Shown piece by piece: positions 10,013 to 21,589 of a stretch of DNA of 64,000 nucleotides. This stretch comes from a plasmid. Under the pieces are notes generated by a model. That model did no database searches. It had not been told where the DNA came from and saw only the letters and a list, made by a program, of their open reading frames with translations. The DNA is taken from the sequence record NZ_CP018188.1. The stretch is one strand, 5' to 3'. Each line of letters starts with the position of its first letter. The stretch's first letter is position 1. Made by a program: the position numbers and the translations under genes.

Positions 10013-11150
10013 ATGGCATTTTTGGAAATAATTAGAGAAAAGAATCAATTCCCTATAATATTTATAGGTTCTGGTATCACTCAACGATACTTTGAAAACT
10101 TCACCAACTTGGGAAGGTTACTTAAAGAAATTTGGCTAGAATTGTTTGATGAAGAAGATTTTTACGCTAAAATCCATGAGTTAAAAAATGAATATAATGA
10201 TGATTTCGAGGTCTATATTCATTTGGCGGACTATATTGAATTGGAAATTGATAAAGCCTTTTGGACAAGAAAGCTTTCATTTCCTGAATTAAGCTTAAAA
10301 GAAGCTCATGAAAAAAGTATTTCTCCATTTTAAAGAGTTAATTGCACAAAAATTTAAGAACTTAAAACCTAGAGAAGGTTTTGAGGAGGAAATTAGTGAA
10401 TTTTCTAAGATGTTAGCCAAGGCTAGAATTATCATTACAACTAACTATGATACTTTTATTGAAGAACGCTTGAAAGCTACAAATACTGGTATTAAAGTAA
10501 ATGTTGGTAATAAAGGGTTGTTTTCTAAATCATCTGACTATGGAGAGCTTTATAAAATTCATGGGTCAATAAATGAACCTAATAGTATCGCTATTACTAG
10601 CCAAGATATGATGATATAAAGAAAAATCTTCAATTGTTAATGCTAAGATATTATCTAACCTAGTAGAGGCTCCTATTTTATTTTTAGGGATATTCGTTAA
10701 CTGATGAAAATATTAGGAAACTACTTACAGATTTTGCCCGTAACAGTCCATATGATATTCAAGAATCATCGGAAAAAATTGGTGTAGTTGAATATGTTCC
10801 TGGTGAAAAGAATATTATAGAACTCATCTCTGGTATATCAGATTTGTCAGTTCACTATACACAATTAAAAACAGATAACTATATTGCAATTTATAAAATG
10901 ATTTCTAGTATTGACCAAGGTTTCTTCCTTCAGAAATCTCTAAATTTGAAAGAGCATTCAGAAAAATCATTGAAGTAAAAGGGGAAGATAAGGAACTGAA
11001 GACGGTATTAACAACATATCTGGATTTATCTACTTTATCAGATAAAGAAATTAAAAGAAAAAAATATTGTGGTCGCATTGGAGATGGTCACTATATATAT
11101 AAATTCCCTGATATTTTGACCTACTTAAGAGAATATTTAAAGAAAGAGTG
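10013..11150 (+). pseudogene. SIR2_2-family (defence-associated SIR2-like) gene, frameshifted
   Basis: ORFs 10013..10333 and 10308..10619 carry SIR2_2 signature motifs in order: IIFIGSGIT (GxGxS-like), IIITTNYDTFIE (TTNYD) and KIHGSINEP (HGS). The reading frame then breaks repeatedly up to ~11150. Confidence 0.45.
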
Positions 11151-12682
11151 ATATGCCGTTAGAAATTATTTAGGTTCATTGCACAGCAACCATCAAATTC
11201 TAATTTCCCTATTAGAAAGTATCTAAGCCATATGGAAGCCTTTATTGAAAAGAATAAAGGAACAAAACAAGCTAGCAATTTGCAAAGATTCCTTGATAAA
11301 GAAAGAAGTTTTGACTATTCTGAAGTTAAAGAGGCTATTGGAAATAAAGTTTCACAAGTACATTTATCTACCTTTGATGCTTGTCAATCAGTTCAAAAGT
11401 AATGGCATTGAAAGATATACCTAGGCAACAAAAAATTACTTATTTGGCTAGTCGCTTAGAGAAATTTGATGTAGATGAAATAACAGATTATGTCTTAACT
11501 ACTCTTAAAAACACAGAGAACTTGACAACAGAACTCCGAAAAATGCTAAAACTTTTTGATTATTATTTGTCTGAAAAATAAAAAAAAAGCCCCAACAAAG
11601 GTGGAGACCGATGAGGGGTTTCTGGACAGCGATAAACAAGCATTACTGGGGTGTAACTGTTTTTATCTTGTAACTAGAATACTACTTTTCTCAAAAAAGT
11701 AAAGAATTTTTGATTAAAAATCAAGAAAAGAAAAGTAAAGGCAGGGGCTTTCCCGACAGTTTAGAGGAATGAAAATTATGGTATAATTAGGAAAAATATA
11801 CCGGAGAACAAATATGTTTTCCTATCAAACATTCCTAAAAGAAAAGAATGCTCTACCATTTGAAAAGTGCCAAGAATATCATTAAAACATCTGAACGTAG
11901 TCAAAAAGGGGGATTCTAAATTTGAAGAATACTGGTCAGATTTTCTAAAAAACGCCTTTGAATATAGCCAAATCCGTCTTAATTGGTATCTGATTAGCCG
12001 TAAAGAACGACAAGCGACTGATGAAAGTAGAGCAAACAAACACAATCAAGTTATCTATATTTGAAATTGGTTACTCGTTACCTAGCTAGTGAAGGAGCAG
12101 ACGCTTCTTGGTTTGCCGAAATTGAAGATGACCGTCAGAAGATTGGGATTTTGCAAATTATATCGCCTATGTTATGCCTTGAATGGTCGAAGCTAAGTAA
12201 AAGTAGTGCTTGAAAATAGAAAAAGAGCCTGACTTTTCAGTCAGGCTCTATGTTTTCCGAACACTATTTATTTCAAAAAAGGTGGTGATTCGGCTGATTT
12301 ATATTGCAATGCACTGAAAGCCAAACTTCCAAGAATCGCATTAAATCAAGATTTTACATACCTATTGACATGTATTGAATCCCTACTTCACCTCAGTAAA
12401 AATGAATTATTTCTTAACACATTGAATTACCTCATACTCTTAACTTCAAAAAAGAGAAAATATTTATTTACTATCGTTGATAAACAGTATCCCAAACTTC
12501 TCAACTTCAGTAATTTTCATAGTGGTACTTTATCTATGAACAGACAACATGAATTTCTTTAAAGAATAATCAAAAGACCACTTTAAAATGTAAAATCATT
12601 TAAGTATAATAAAGACAGAATACTTAATTGAAAGCCCCTGTTAGCTATTTGGGTAATGAACCCTTGATTTTTGGAGATTGAA

Positions 12683-13864
12683 AATGAAATCTGACTTTAT
12701 GAAAAAAATTGATACAAAGAAAAGAGCTATAATTTCTCTCATCGTACTATTATGTTTGGTATAGGGTACTATGTACTTGCCAATTTTACCACATCAAAGA
12801 GCGGTACAGTCATTTAATGAAGTGACAACTAAAATTCAAAAAGAAAACAGTAGTTTAGAGGAAACAATCAAAGCGTCTAAGGAACTACTTAGCAGTAAAG
12901 ATAAACCCTTAGACGAAAATCTGACGGTTGAACTAAAAAACGAAGTATCAACTGCTGAAAAGAAGAAGCAAGTAATTCCTAAAATCAAAAAGAAAACAAG
13001 CGACATCAATAAACAAGTTAAATCACTAAAAAAACCAATTAACTACTCGACAGAAATAAAAAATCTTAATGATAAAAACCAGAAGTATTCAACAAGTGTT
13101 AAGCAGTTAAAACAAATTACCAATCCTTCCAATACATTTGTGGAAAGTCGTCTTAAGGAAATTGATACGATTTCAGAAGTTCAGTCAGCCACAGAAGATA
13201 ATGATCCAAACCAAGGTTTAAACAAGCAAGGAAGTTATACCGGCAGCAGTTTATTTCTCTGACAATGAAGTGACTAATCCAGTTGCTGGTGCTGATTTAG
13301 TAGCAAAAGGTACGGATGCAGGGGGATGCGTAGAGGTCTATAAAACGGTAGAAGATGCCAAAAAACGAAATGACTATTTAAGTGCTTTCGATGGCCTTCC
13401 AACTGTCATCAACCCTGGTTCACACTATGTTTACGGAACTGTTGTAATTCGTGTCGCAGCATCATTAACGGCATCACAAACAAAATGCTTTGACGCAAAA
13501 AATATATGAGAAGTTAATTGAGATTAAAGATGATAGCACAAGCAAAAACACCTCAAAAGCGGAGACCTCATCCTCTACGAAACCATCATCGTCTAGTTCA
13601 AGCTCTACTCAAGCAACTGTTAGTGAATCAGCTCAGAGTGACACCAAAACGGTAGCTGGAAGTGCCCCAACAACACCTGCGCAACAACAAGATTCTGGAG
13701 TTCCCGAATCATCAAAAGAAACGATGTTAAATCCTGAATATCATAGCCCTATTGATGAAAATGGTTATAATTCACTCTTGGGTGCCTATGTCCTAGATAA
13801 TAACAATGGGGAAAACAACTCCAATACTACTACCGAGTCGTCAGCAACAGGAAGTTCTGAATAA
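12683..13864 (+). pseudogene. secreted Ser-rich protein, frameshifted
   Basis: Signal-peptide-like start MKSDFMKKIDTKKRAIISLIVLLCLV runs into a stop. It continues in other frames as ORFs 12771..13262, 13270..13509 and 13490..13864. Confidence 0.35.
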
Positions 13865-14031
13865 GCTTCTTATAACTTCTGACTCCTTTAAAAAAAGTCA
13901 GAAGAATACTGAAAACGCCAATTACAGCTATTGGTGTTTTTTTACTCTCGAAAACTATTGGTAACACTTGATAACTTCACCAAAATAGTCTATACTTTTT
14001 GTTAGCTTATAAACTAACAAAAGGGTAGCAT

Positions 14032-15445
14032 ATGGGATATTTTGATTATTCAAGAGAGCCAAGAAGCGATATCGCTTTTATCGATATGAAGTCTTTTTAT
14101 GCTAGCGTCGAATGTGTTGAGAGAGGACTACATCCTCTAAAGACTTCTCTATGTGTTATGAGTAGAGCTGATAACTCTGCAGGTCTTATCCTTGCTTCTT
14201 CACCGATATTTAAAAAAGTGTTTGGAAAATCAAATGTTGGAAGAGCATACGACCTCCCTTTTGATGTTCAAACAAGAAAGTTCTCGTATTACAATGCCAA
14301 GAGACAGGGACTGAGAACAGATCCAGAATACGTTCGATTCATTGAAGATTGGGCAAAAGTGACTTTCATCGTTCCTCCCAGAATGGACGAATATATCGCA
14401 GTTAATATGGAAATCCAAGGCATTTTCAAAACTATGGTAGTCCTAACGATATTTACCCTTATTCTATAGACGAGGGTTTATTGACCTGTCTAGTTCTCTT
14501 AATTACTTCGTTCCAGAAAAACAGTTGTCACGAAAACAAAAACTCGACCTTATTTCTGCGAGGATCCAGAGAGACATCTGGAGACAAACTGGCATCTATT
14601 CAACCGTTGGTATGTCCAACGCTAACCCTTTACTAGCTAAACTTGCCCTTGATAATGAAGCAAAGAAAACACCAACCATGAGGGCTAATTGGTCCTATGA
14701 GGACGTAGAGCAGAAGGTCTGGTCTATTCCTAACATGACAGATTTCTGGGGTATCGGTAAAAGAATGGAGAAACGCTTTAACACGTTAGGTATCCACTCA
14801 ATCAAAAACTTGGCAAATGCTAACCCAGATATCTTGAAGAAAGAACTAGGAGTAGCTGGTCTGCGATTATGGTTTCATGCTAATGGTATTGATGAAAGTA
14901 ACGTTCACAAACCCTATAAACCAAAATCAAAAGGTCTAGGCAACTCCCAGGTTCTTCCTAGAGACTATTTCAGACAACGAGATATTGAAATTGTCCTTAG
15001 AGAGATGGCCGAACAAGTTGCTATCCGATTGAGAAAGATAGGCAAGAAAGCGACTGTTATTTCTATACACCTTGGCTACTCTAAGCAAGAAAACAAACGC
15101 TCTATCAATACTCAAATGAAAATTGAACCAACGAATAACACTGACATGCTGACAAACTATGTGTTGAAGTTATTCCATAATAAATACACTTCAGGAGCAA
15201 TCCGAAGTGTAGCGGTTAATTATTCTGGTTTTGTAGATGAATCTTTTGGTTTAATCTCACTGTTCGATGATGTCGAACAAATCGAAAAAGAAGAAAGGCT
15301 CCAGACAGCAATAGATTCTATCAGAGACCAATTTGGTTTTACTTCTCTGCTAAAAGCTAATGCACTTGATAGTGCATCGAGGAGTATTGCCAGAAGTAAT
15401 CTCATCGGAGGACATTCAGCTGGAGGATTGGATGGTTTAAAATGA
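14032..15445 (+). pseudogene. umuC: Y-family DNA polymerase (UmuC/ImpB-like), two frameshifts
   Basis: N-terminal IAFIDMKSFYASVE catalytic motif. The sequence continues in a second frame (DIYPYSIDEGLL) and a third (FIDLSSSLNYFVPEKQLS..) before the 306-aa C-terminal ORF. Confidence 0.75.
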
Positions 15446-15801
15446 TTGATCGTTCCTATTTGCCATTTCAAGCAGCAAGAGAATACCAGGACCCTGGGAT
15501 GCAGAAGTGGATGGGGTTCTTCCTGTCTGAGCATACCTCATCATTACATGCTGCTAAATATCGTGTTGACTTCTCTACAGACTTAAGTAAGCCTCAGAAA
15601 CTCTTATTGCTTTCTCAACTCTATTCCAACCAACTTAGAGGGCAGTTCACTATTAAACATCGTGATAAAAAAGTTACTTTATTTGGCGAAGTGAGAGAAC
15701 TGTCTCGTAAGGAAATATCAATAAAGACTAGTGAAGGGTATAGATTAGTTCAAGTCGACAATATCCTTCAAATTCAGCTTTTGGAAAATCATATACACTA
15801 A
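15442..15801 (+). CDS. YolD-like protein (UmuC-associated)
   Basis: 4-bp overlap with the umuC remnant. The REYQDPGMQKWMGFFLSEHT region resembles YolD-family proteins that accompany UmuC in Firmicute mobile elements. Confidence 0.55.
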   Translation: MIDRSYLPFQAAREYQDPGMQKWMGFFLSEHTSSLHAAKYRVDFSTDLSKPQKLLLLSQLYSNQLRGQFTIKHRDKKVTLFGEVRELSRKEISIKTSEGYRLVQVDNILQIQLLENHIH

Positions 15802-15802
15802 A

Positions 15803-15839
15803 AAAAGCAACAGCCTATATCATGTGGTTGTTGCTTTTT
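15803..15839. terminator. bidirectional rho-independent terminator
   Basis: gcaacagcc..ggttgttgc hairpin flanked by A-run and T-run, between convergent genes. Confidence 0.6.
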
Positions 15840-15855
15840 AACCATGAACAATAAT

Positions 15856-16032
15856 TTATTCATTTTTCTCCATTTCGGCTAATGCGGATAAGACACCATC
15901 CTCATAGCCTTCTTCACGACCTTCTTTAAAGCCTTCATCATGGCCTTTAATACATCCAGCATTATATCCTTCTTCGTAACCTTCTTCATAGCCTTGAGTA
16001 TAGCCTTCTAAGTATTTGTTATTTTCTGGCAT
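15856..16032 (-). CDS. small EGY-repeat protein (58 aa)
   Basis: Minus-strand ORF MPENNKYLEGYTQGYEEGYEEGYNAGCIKGHDEGFKEGREEGYEDGVLSALAEMEKNE, below the ORF-track cutoff. Confidence 0.35.
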   Translation of the reverse strand: MPENNKYLEGYTQGYEEGYEEGYNAGCIKGHDEGFKEGREEGYEDGVLSALAEMEKNE

Positions 16033-16106
16033 TGTTCTTTTTTCCTTTGTTTTGTATACAGAATTGTATTTTATCTGTACACTATTAGTTTATACCATTT
16101 GGCTCT

Positions 16107-16535
16107 CTAAAAAGGAGCATTATTGCATTGATATTGTTTCGTTTCTAATAGGTTTACTAAATCAACCGTAATGATGTTATCATCTTTATCAAGAATAACA
16201 TCAGGATCTTTATCTGCTTCATTCAATAGGTTTTCAGCATATTCCTTTGCTTTAGTTTGCTTGGCAGCTTCAAATTCCTTATGACTTTTAAATTTATTCC
16301 ATAAAACTTTAGCTAATGTTTTTGTAACATAGGCACCACTACAAATGATTGCACACATTTTCATGGCATCTTTACGACCATCATCGTAACCATCATCGTA
16401 ACCATCATCGTAACCATCCTCATAAATTTTCTCAATTAATTTTTCTGGACCACCATGAATACTTGCTATCTTAGCTAATGCTCCATAATCCCATTCCTCA
16501 TCTATTTCTTTGAACTCTTTTTTAATTTCATTCAT
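16107..16535 (-). CDS. hypothetical protein with DGYDDGYDDGYDDG repeat (142 aa)
   Basis: GGAG RBS. Internal 12-bp tandem codon repeats (accatcatcgta x3 on plus strand). Confidence 0.5.
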   Translation of the reverse strand: MNEIKKEFKEIDEEWDYGALAKIASIHGGPEKLIEKIYEDGYDDGYDDGYDDGRKDAMKMCAIICSGAYVTKTLAKVLWNKFKSHKEFEAAKQTKAKEYAENLLNEADKDPDVILDKDDNIITVDLVNLLETKQYQCNNAPF

Positions 16536-16924
16536 TGTTTATTTCTCCTTTATCTTTGTTAAGTATAGTATAAAGGAAATTATTTATGCTGTCGTTCACA
16601 GTTTGTGAACTTTTTTTATGATTGCAATAAATTTTTTGGCGTACTTGTTATTTATTTCAGTTAAGTCTTTAATTAAAGTCATCCCAATCAGTTTATTAGT
16701 AGCTAGATCTTCACTATTATTTGGAATATTAAAACATACCTTAATGCAAAAAAATAATAAGCAACATCACTATACTGAGTTTTTTTTTTCTACCATTTGT
16801 CAAGCATATCAAGGCATTTGATAAAAAATAGATTGAATTCCATAATCAAACTAAGGAATTTGTCTATTTTTGAACTAAGGTTCAGTGTAAAAAGTGTACT
16901 CAAAAACAACGCCTTACCTAGTGA

Positions 16925-18416
16925 TTTTTTTGATAAGGTGTTACAATCATATGGCATAAACAATTTTACCGATTTTGGGTAGAAGTATAATCGTAAAGTT
17001 TGTTATGCGTTATGAGGTAATACATTGTTCTAATGAGACGATGTATAGAGGCAATCGTGTGTGGTTTGGTTGAAGTCACTTGCGATTGTCTTTTCCGTTT
17101 CTCATAGAAGTCTGCGATATGACAAGGATTGGTGTGGCTAGCTGAAGCTATGTTATGAATGCACTTAAAGAGAATCTTTCTGGCATAGGGATTCCCACGT
17201 TTGGTGATATGTTCCTTGGCTAGAAAGTCCCCAGATTCATAGTGTCTGAGGTCAATGCCGATAAAAGCATTGATTTGATTGGCAGAGTGAAATCGACGAA
17301 TGTCACCAAGTTCACCAATAATGCTTGTCGCTGTGGTTTCAGCTATTCCAGGAATAGAGAGAAGAATCTCGTATTCTGGCAAAGGTTGAGCCAATGTTAT
17401 CATCTTCTCTAAAACACTTTGTCTATATTCAGAAAGCCTAAGTAACTCCCCTGCATAGTATTTGACCTCTTCCATCATTGGAGAGGTTTTCTTGACCGCA
17501 CAATAAGAATGATTAGCTAGTTTTGTAAGCTTATCTACTAAGTAAGTCACACGGTTTTCAGAGATGTGTTTTGATGTAGACTGACGGATGATAGCTCTTA
17601 ATGCGGCGTCATCTAACTCCAGTACAAAACTATTACATGGAAAAGCCATGACTAAGTTCCAATATTGTTTCCCAGTTGGTGACGACAAGATGTTTTCCAA
17701 TTCAGGAAAAGTGACCTGTAAAACCTTGTGTAGGCGGTTTTTAGAGCAGACAATATCCTCAGTAAGATTCTGATAGAAACGGCTGAGGTCGCGTAATTCT
17801 TGATAAAGCGCTTCTTGGACATAGCTTGGTTTACGATTGAGGATGAACTGAGACGTAGCTAGTTTTTCAGCGTCAATCTTATCGGTTTTACGCACTCGCA
17901 AGCTATCTAATTGTTTCTTGGATTCTAAGGGATTGAGCCGTATATAAGCGTAACTATTATCCTCAAAGAAGGCCTGAAGACGACGAGAATAGACACCAGT
18001 CGCCTCGAATACAATCTCTGGTTGGTAAACAGTCCCCAAGTCCTCGAGTAGTCGATTAAATCCGATGGCATCATTGGGTATGGTATAGCCATGTATTTTC
18101 TCTCCATTGACCAAGATGGCCACTTCTGAACTTGCTTTACTCACGTCAATCCCAAAAACTACTCGCATGATCTTACCTCTTTGTCTTAAATGATTCCTTG
18201 CTTTAGTGATGTCATTTTCAATACTCGACGTTTTTCGTCCCACATACTTTGATAACATTCTTCCTAAAACAGGTGTCTTGCCAGTTTTAGTTACGACGTC
18301 TAGCGCCAAAGGACTCATCGACTTAACAAGACACCTCTACTTTAACATAACGAAAAAAGTAGTGAGTACTTTCTCCCGTCGGAGATTTCCTCACTACTAA
18401 TCTTAGTATGTTTTAG
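16925..18416 (-). mobile_element. IS110-family insertion sequence, intact copy
   Basis: Transposase plus ~250 bp upstream and ~40 bp downstream sequence that recurs at two other places (35184.. and 51181..). Boundaries approximate. Confidence 0.7.
16966..18168 (-). CDS. IS110-family transposase (400 aa from Met at 18168)
   Basis: N-terminal MRVVFGIDVSK DEDD-type motif and C-terminal IS110/IS116/IS902 transposase region (GIAETTATSIIGELGDIRRF). RBS GAGGT is upstream of the 18168 ATG. The ORF-track start at 18318 is probably an upstream extension. Confidence 0.85.
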   Translation of the reverse strand: MRVVFGIDVSKASSEVAILVNGEKIHGYTIPNDAIGFNRLLEDLGTVYQPEIVFEATGVYSRRLQAFFEDNSYAYIRLNPLESKKQLDSLRVRKTDKIDAEKLATSQFILNRKPSYVQEALYQELRDLSRFYQNLTEDIVCSKNRLHKVLQVTFPELENILSSPTGKQYWNLVMAFPCNSFVLELDDAALRAIIRQSTSKHISENRVTYLVDKLTKLANHSYCAVKKTSPMMEEVKYYAGELLRLSEYRQSVLEKMITLAQPLPEYEILLSIPGIAETTATSIIGELGDIRRFHSANQINAFIGIDLRHYESGDFLAKEHITKRGNPYARKILFKCIHNIASASHTNPCHIADFYEKRKRQSQVTSTKPHTIASIHRLIRTMYYLITHNKLYDYTSTQNR

Positions 18417-19100
18417 TTTTTCAATAATAAATAGCAAGTCTTCATCAAACTCTTTTCGAAATTCTAAATCTACATTTTCATTACCAAACTCATCACTGTC
18501 TAAGTAAAAAAGATCTGATAATACTTTCTTTACATCCTTTTTGTTTCTTTTCTTTGTTCTTAAATATGATTTAAGTTGTTCTAAATCCAGTGTATCATCA
18601 CTTGTATTTAAAAAAGTTAGGCCCATAAGAAAATAAAAGCTCAAAAAATTTAACAAAAAAATTGGCTTATCGCAATTTCCAATCGATTCTTCATAGACAT
18701 CTATTATAAATCCTATATCAACCGTCTCTTTCTCTTCTATCGAACCATACAGAAATTTTAAATGTTCTTCAAATGCTTTTTTATATTCTTTACTGGTCAA
18801 ACTGTCTTTAAGTTTAAAAGGAATAAATATTCTATTTAACAGATGATAACTATCTTCATCTAGACCTTTTATATAATCAAACAAAGATGGAGTAACAGTT
18901 AAATCTTCATTCAATAGTTGACTTAATGTTACTTGATAGTGTTTTGATATTTTGTTCAAAACATCTTCATCAGGAAATCGTAACCCGTTTTCATAATTAG
19001 AGATAGCACTCTTACTCGTAAAAAGAAAGTCTGCTAAATCTTCCTGAGTCTCTCCAAAAATCTTTCTTAAATGCTTTATATTACTTGCAAAATAATCCAT
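18342..19100 (-). CDS. XRE-family helix-turn-helix transcriptional regulator (252 aa)
   Basis: N-terminal HTH GETQEDLADFLFTSKSAISNYENG. The 3' end overlaps the IS110 flank. Confidence 0.55.
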   Translation of the reverse strand: MDYFASNIKHLRKIFGETQEDLADFLFTSKSAISNYENGLRFPDEDVLNKISKHYQVTLSQLLNEDLTVTPSLFDYIKGLDEDSYHLLNRIFIPFKLKDSLTSKEYKKAFEEHLKFLYGSIEEKETVDIGFIIDVYEESIGNCDKPIFLLNFLSFYFLMGLTFLNTSDDTLDLEQLKSYLRTKKRNKKDVKKVLSDLFYLDSDEFGNENVDLEFRKEFDEDLLFIIEKLKHTKISSEEISDGRKYSLLFSLC

Positions 19101-19193
19101 AACCTAAATCTCTACTAATTAATAACCTAAATATGATACATATATATCCATTGTACTATGCATCGTGTATAGCAATATCGAAGTGACAATCAA

Positions 19194-20267
19194 TTACAAA
19201 TCACTCAAAGCTTCTTTAGTCGTCTCTGCAGCTACGTGTGCATAAACCTCTACCATTGCAGTCCCCTTGTGTCCCAATTGTTGGGAAACTAGGAGGCTGT
19301 CTTTTGTTTGCTCATATAGACGTGTGGCAAGTGTATGTCGCAGTTTGTGAGGAGTAGTAGGTTTTCCATAGGCGGTAGATAACTTCTTCACCAAAAGCTC
19401 GACAGAACGTGTTCCAAGCCTTGCAGGCACTTTATTTTGAGTCGTTAAGAAGAATGCTTTATCTGAATCACTTGCTGCATAGCGTCCCTTCCTAATTTCT
19501 AAGTAACGCTCAATATAAGGTATACCAAATGGAGCGATATTTACAACGTCCTTTTTACCACCTTTTCGAATAACTGTAATCGTCCTTGTGGCTAGATTGA
19601 CATCTTGCATATCTAGGTTGACTAATTCAGATAACCGGACTCCAGTAGATAGTAGAAGTGCTATGACAGCAAGATCACGCTCTTTATTTTTGACAAAGGA
19701 TACCTGGGCACGTTTTGAGATTTTCTTTTCATGCTCATTGTCAATATAATCTAGGAAAGACTGTGTATCGTTTAGAAAGAGTTTTTCTTTCATGTTATCT
19801 GCACGACTAGCCAAGGTATCTTTAGGCTTCTTGATTTTTATCTTAACCATGACATTGCGGTAAAAATAAGGCTCACCCTCGTCATCCTCAGTTTCTTGGG
19901 TAAGATATTTAAACAAACTAGAGAGAGCATCTTTAGTTCGAATAATACTGACTTCAGAGATTGAACGACGCTCAGTATTTTCACGAAGGTAAACAAAGTA
20001 GCCTTCGATAACAGACTTTGGTAAATGGGCCAGCTCATCAATATGAACATCAGCAATCGTATCATAGTCTGCATAACATACAGTTTCACCTAATTTCTCA
20101 TGATCGCTAATCAACCATTCAAAAAATCGTCTATATTCCTTTAAGTACTCATACAGTGTCTTGTAGCTATAAGGAATAACGAGCTTTGCATGATAATATT
20201 CCTTAACATACCAAGGCATAATCTCAAGCAACTCGTTTATATTTTTCATAAGTGTTTCTTGTTTCAT
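19194..20267 (-). CDS. tyrosine-type site-specific integrase
   Basis: C-terminal catalytic signature HKLRHT .. LGH .. VEVYAHV (R-H-R-Y). Confidence 0.85.
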   Translation of the reverse strand: MKQETLMKNINELLEIMPWYVKEYYHAKLVIPYSYKTLYEYLKEYRRFFEWLISDHEKLGETVCYADYDTIADVHIDELAHLPKSVIEGYFVYLRENTERRSISEVSIIRTKDALSSLFKYLTQETEDDEGEPYFYRNVMVKIKIKKPKDTLASRADNMKEKLFLNDTQSFLDYIDNEHEKKISKRAQVSFVKNKERDLAVIALLLSTGVRLSELVNLDMQDVNLATRTITVIRKGGKKDVVNIAPFGIPYIERYLEIRKGRYAASDSDKAFFLTTQNKVPARLGTRSVELLVKKLSTAYGKPTTPHKLRHTLATRLYEQTKDSLLVSQQLGHKGTAMVEVYAHVAAETTKEALSDL

Positions 20268-20447
20268 ATTAGCCTCAAATCTAACAATTTTCTTGTTAGT
20301 AGTAGTTTATCATAACTAATATGTGTATTCAACAAATACTTATTTTCCGAATAGATGTCAGCAGCTTTTTAAATTGTAAGTTTATATGGAGCTAGGCATA
20401 TATCTGAGAGCCAAAAAAAGAGCCGTTAAAATAGGCTCAACAGACAA

Positions 20448-20969
20448 TTATGCTACACAAAGATTACTAGATGCTGATACATCACTGCGACTTATATTCT
20501 GCGGTTGAATAACGATTTCTCCAATATTATCTTTAAATATAAGTTCGAAACTTGGTTCAGAGATTACTTCATCAATAGTACGGCACGTTGTTACATACCA
20601 ACCTAGCAAAGCCTTGGCTGATGTATCACCATTTTCTGCAATATCAATCATTTCATTTTTCAATAGTTCAGAAATCGTACTATCATCTTCTCCGACACGT
20701 CTCATTGATTTTTTAAGGATCTCTGTCTTACTAAAATCAATATTTTTAAAGGATTTCACTATCCCATAAAAAGTAGGATGGGTATCGGCTAATTCCTTAT
20801 TTTGAATTAAATAATATGTTAGATATGAGTCATGTAGCTGTCCCAAAATTTCAAAAGTCGTTTGCTGATTCTTTCTTTTCTCTGTCAAAAAAACAAACGT
20901 TAAGATTGATAGTACTATAAAGAAAATAGCGATAACCATAATATTTTCCTCCCTACTCTGTCCTTTCAA
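20448..20969 (-). CDS. hypothetical membrane-anchored protein (173 aa)
   Basis: Single N-terminal TM segment. Confidence 0.4.
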   Translation of the reverse strand: MKGQSREENIMVIAIFFIVLSILTFVFLTEKRKNQQTTFEILGQLHDSYLTYYLIQNKELADTHPTFYGIVKSFKNIDFSKTEILKKSMRRVGEDDSTISELLKNEMIDIAENGDTSAKALLGWYVTTCRTIDEVISEPSFELIFKDNIGEIVIQPQNISRSDVSASSNLCVA

Positions 20970-21258
20970 GTATTGCTACTATCTTATCCTCGAGTTTTTC
21001 ATTTCTAGCTTGAGATTGCTCTAATTGTTCATTCAACTGTTGGTTTTGTTTCTGTAGCTGTTCGTTACTGGTGGTCATATTTTGAAATAATCCATTATAG
21101 TGTTCCGATAAGGCCTTAGAACTCTTTCTTAAACTAGAAGAAGAATTCATGTAAAAAACTACCCCCATAATAAAGAGAATAATAACGACACCTAGTGGCA
21201 TACTAAAACCAAAAAAATCAGTTAATCGTTCCCAAACCACTTCTGGAATTTTTTCCAT
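20953..21258 (-). CDS. hypothetical membrane/coiled-coil protein (101 aa)
   Basis: TM segment followed by a Q/E/L-rich heptad region. Confidence 0.4.
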   Translation of the reverse strand: MEKIPEVVWERLTDFFGFSMPLGVVIILFIMGVVFYMNSSSSLRKSSKALSEHYNGLFQNMTTSNEQLQKQNQQLNEQLEQSQARNEKLEDKIVAILERTE

Positions 21259-21589
21259 ACAACCTCCAATATCTATTTTTATTATATCATACTTGTCAAG
21301 CCCCTATATATTGTGTTGGTAAACACTTATAAGACACAATATGTAGAACTTTTAATTTTTAACGTCTCTCCTCTGTACCGAAACATTCTAATATTCTTCC
21401 TTGATTTAATAACCGAAATCTCAAAGTAAAAATAATTTATCTGGTTCATGGCCATAGTTCTCAAAATATCATCAATCAGAAATGTTAACGGAATATTCAA
21501 TGCTGAATAACGTTGAAAATCCTCTTCAAATCGGATATAGTCTTCAGAAAAATAATCTATTTGTAGTTTATTTTCATAGAGGTCTTTGC

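Noticed and set aside
16966-18318. Full 450-aa ORF-track extent of the IS110 transposase
   Set aside because: The N-terminal 50 codons precede the conserved MRVVFGIDVSK start and its GAGGT RBS. The other two copies begin at the equivalent Met (MCAVFGINVSK / MRAVFGIDVSK).
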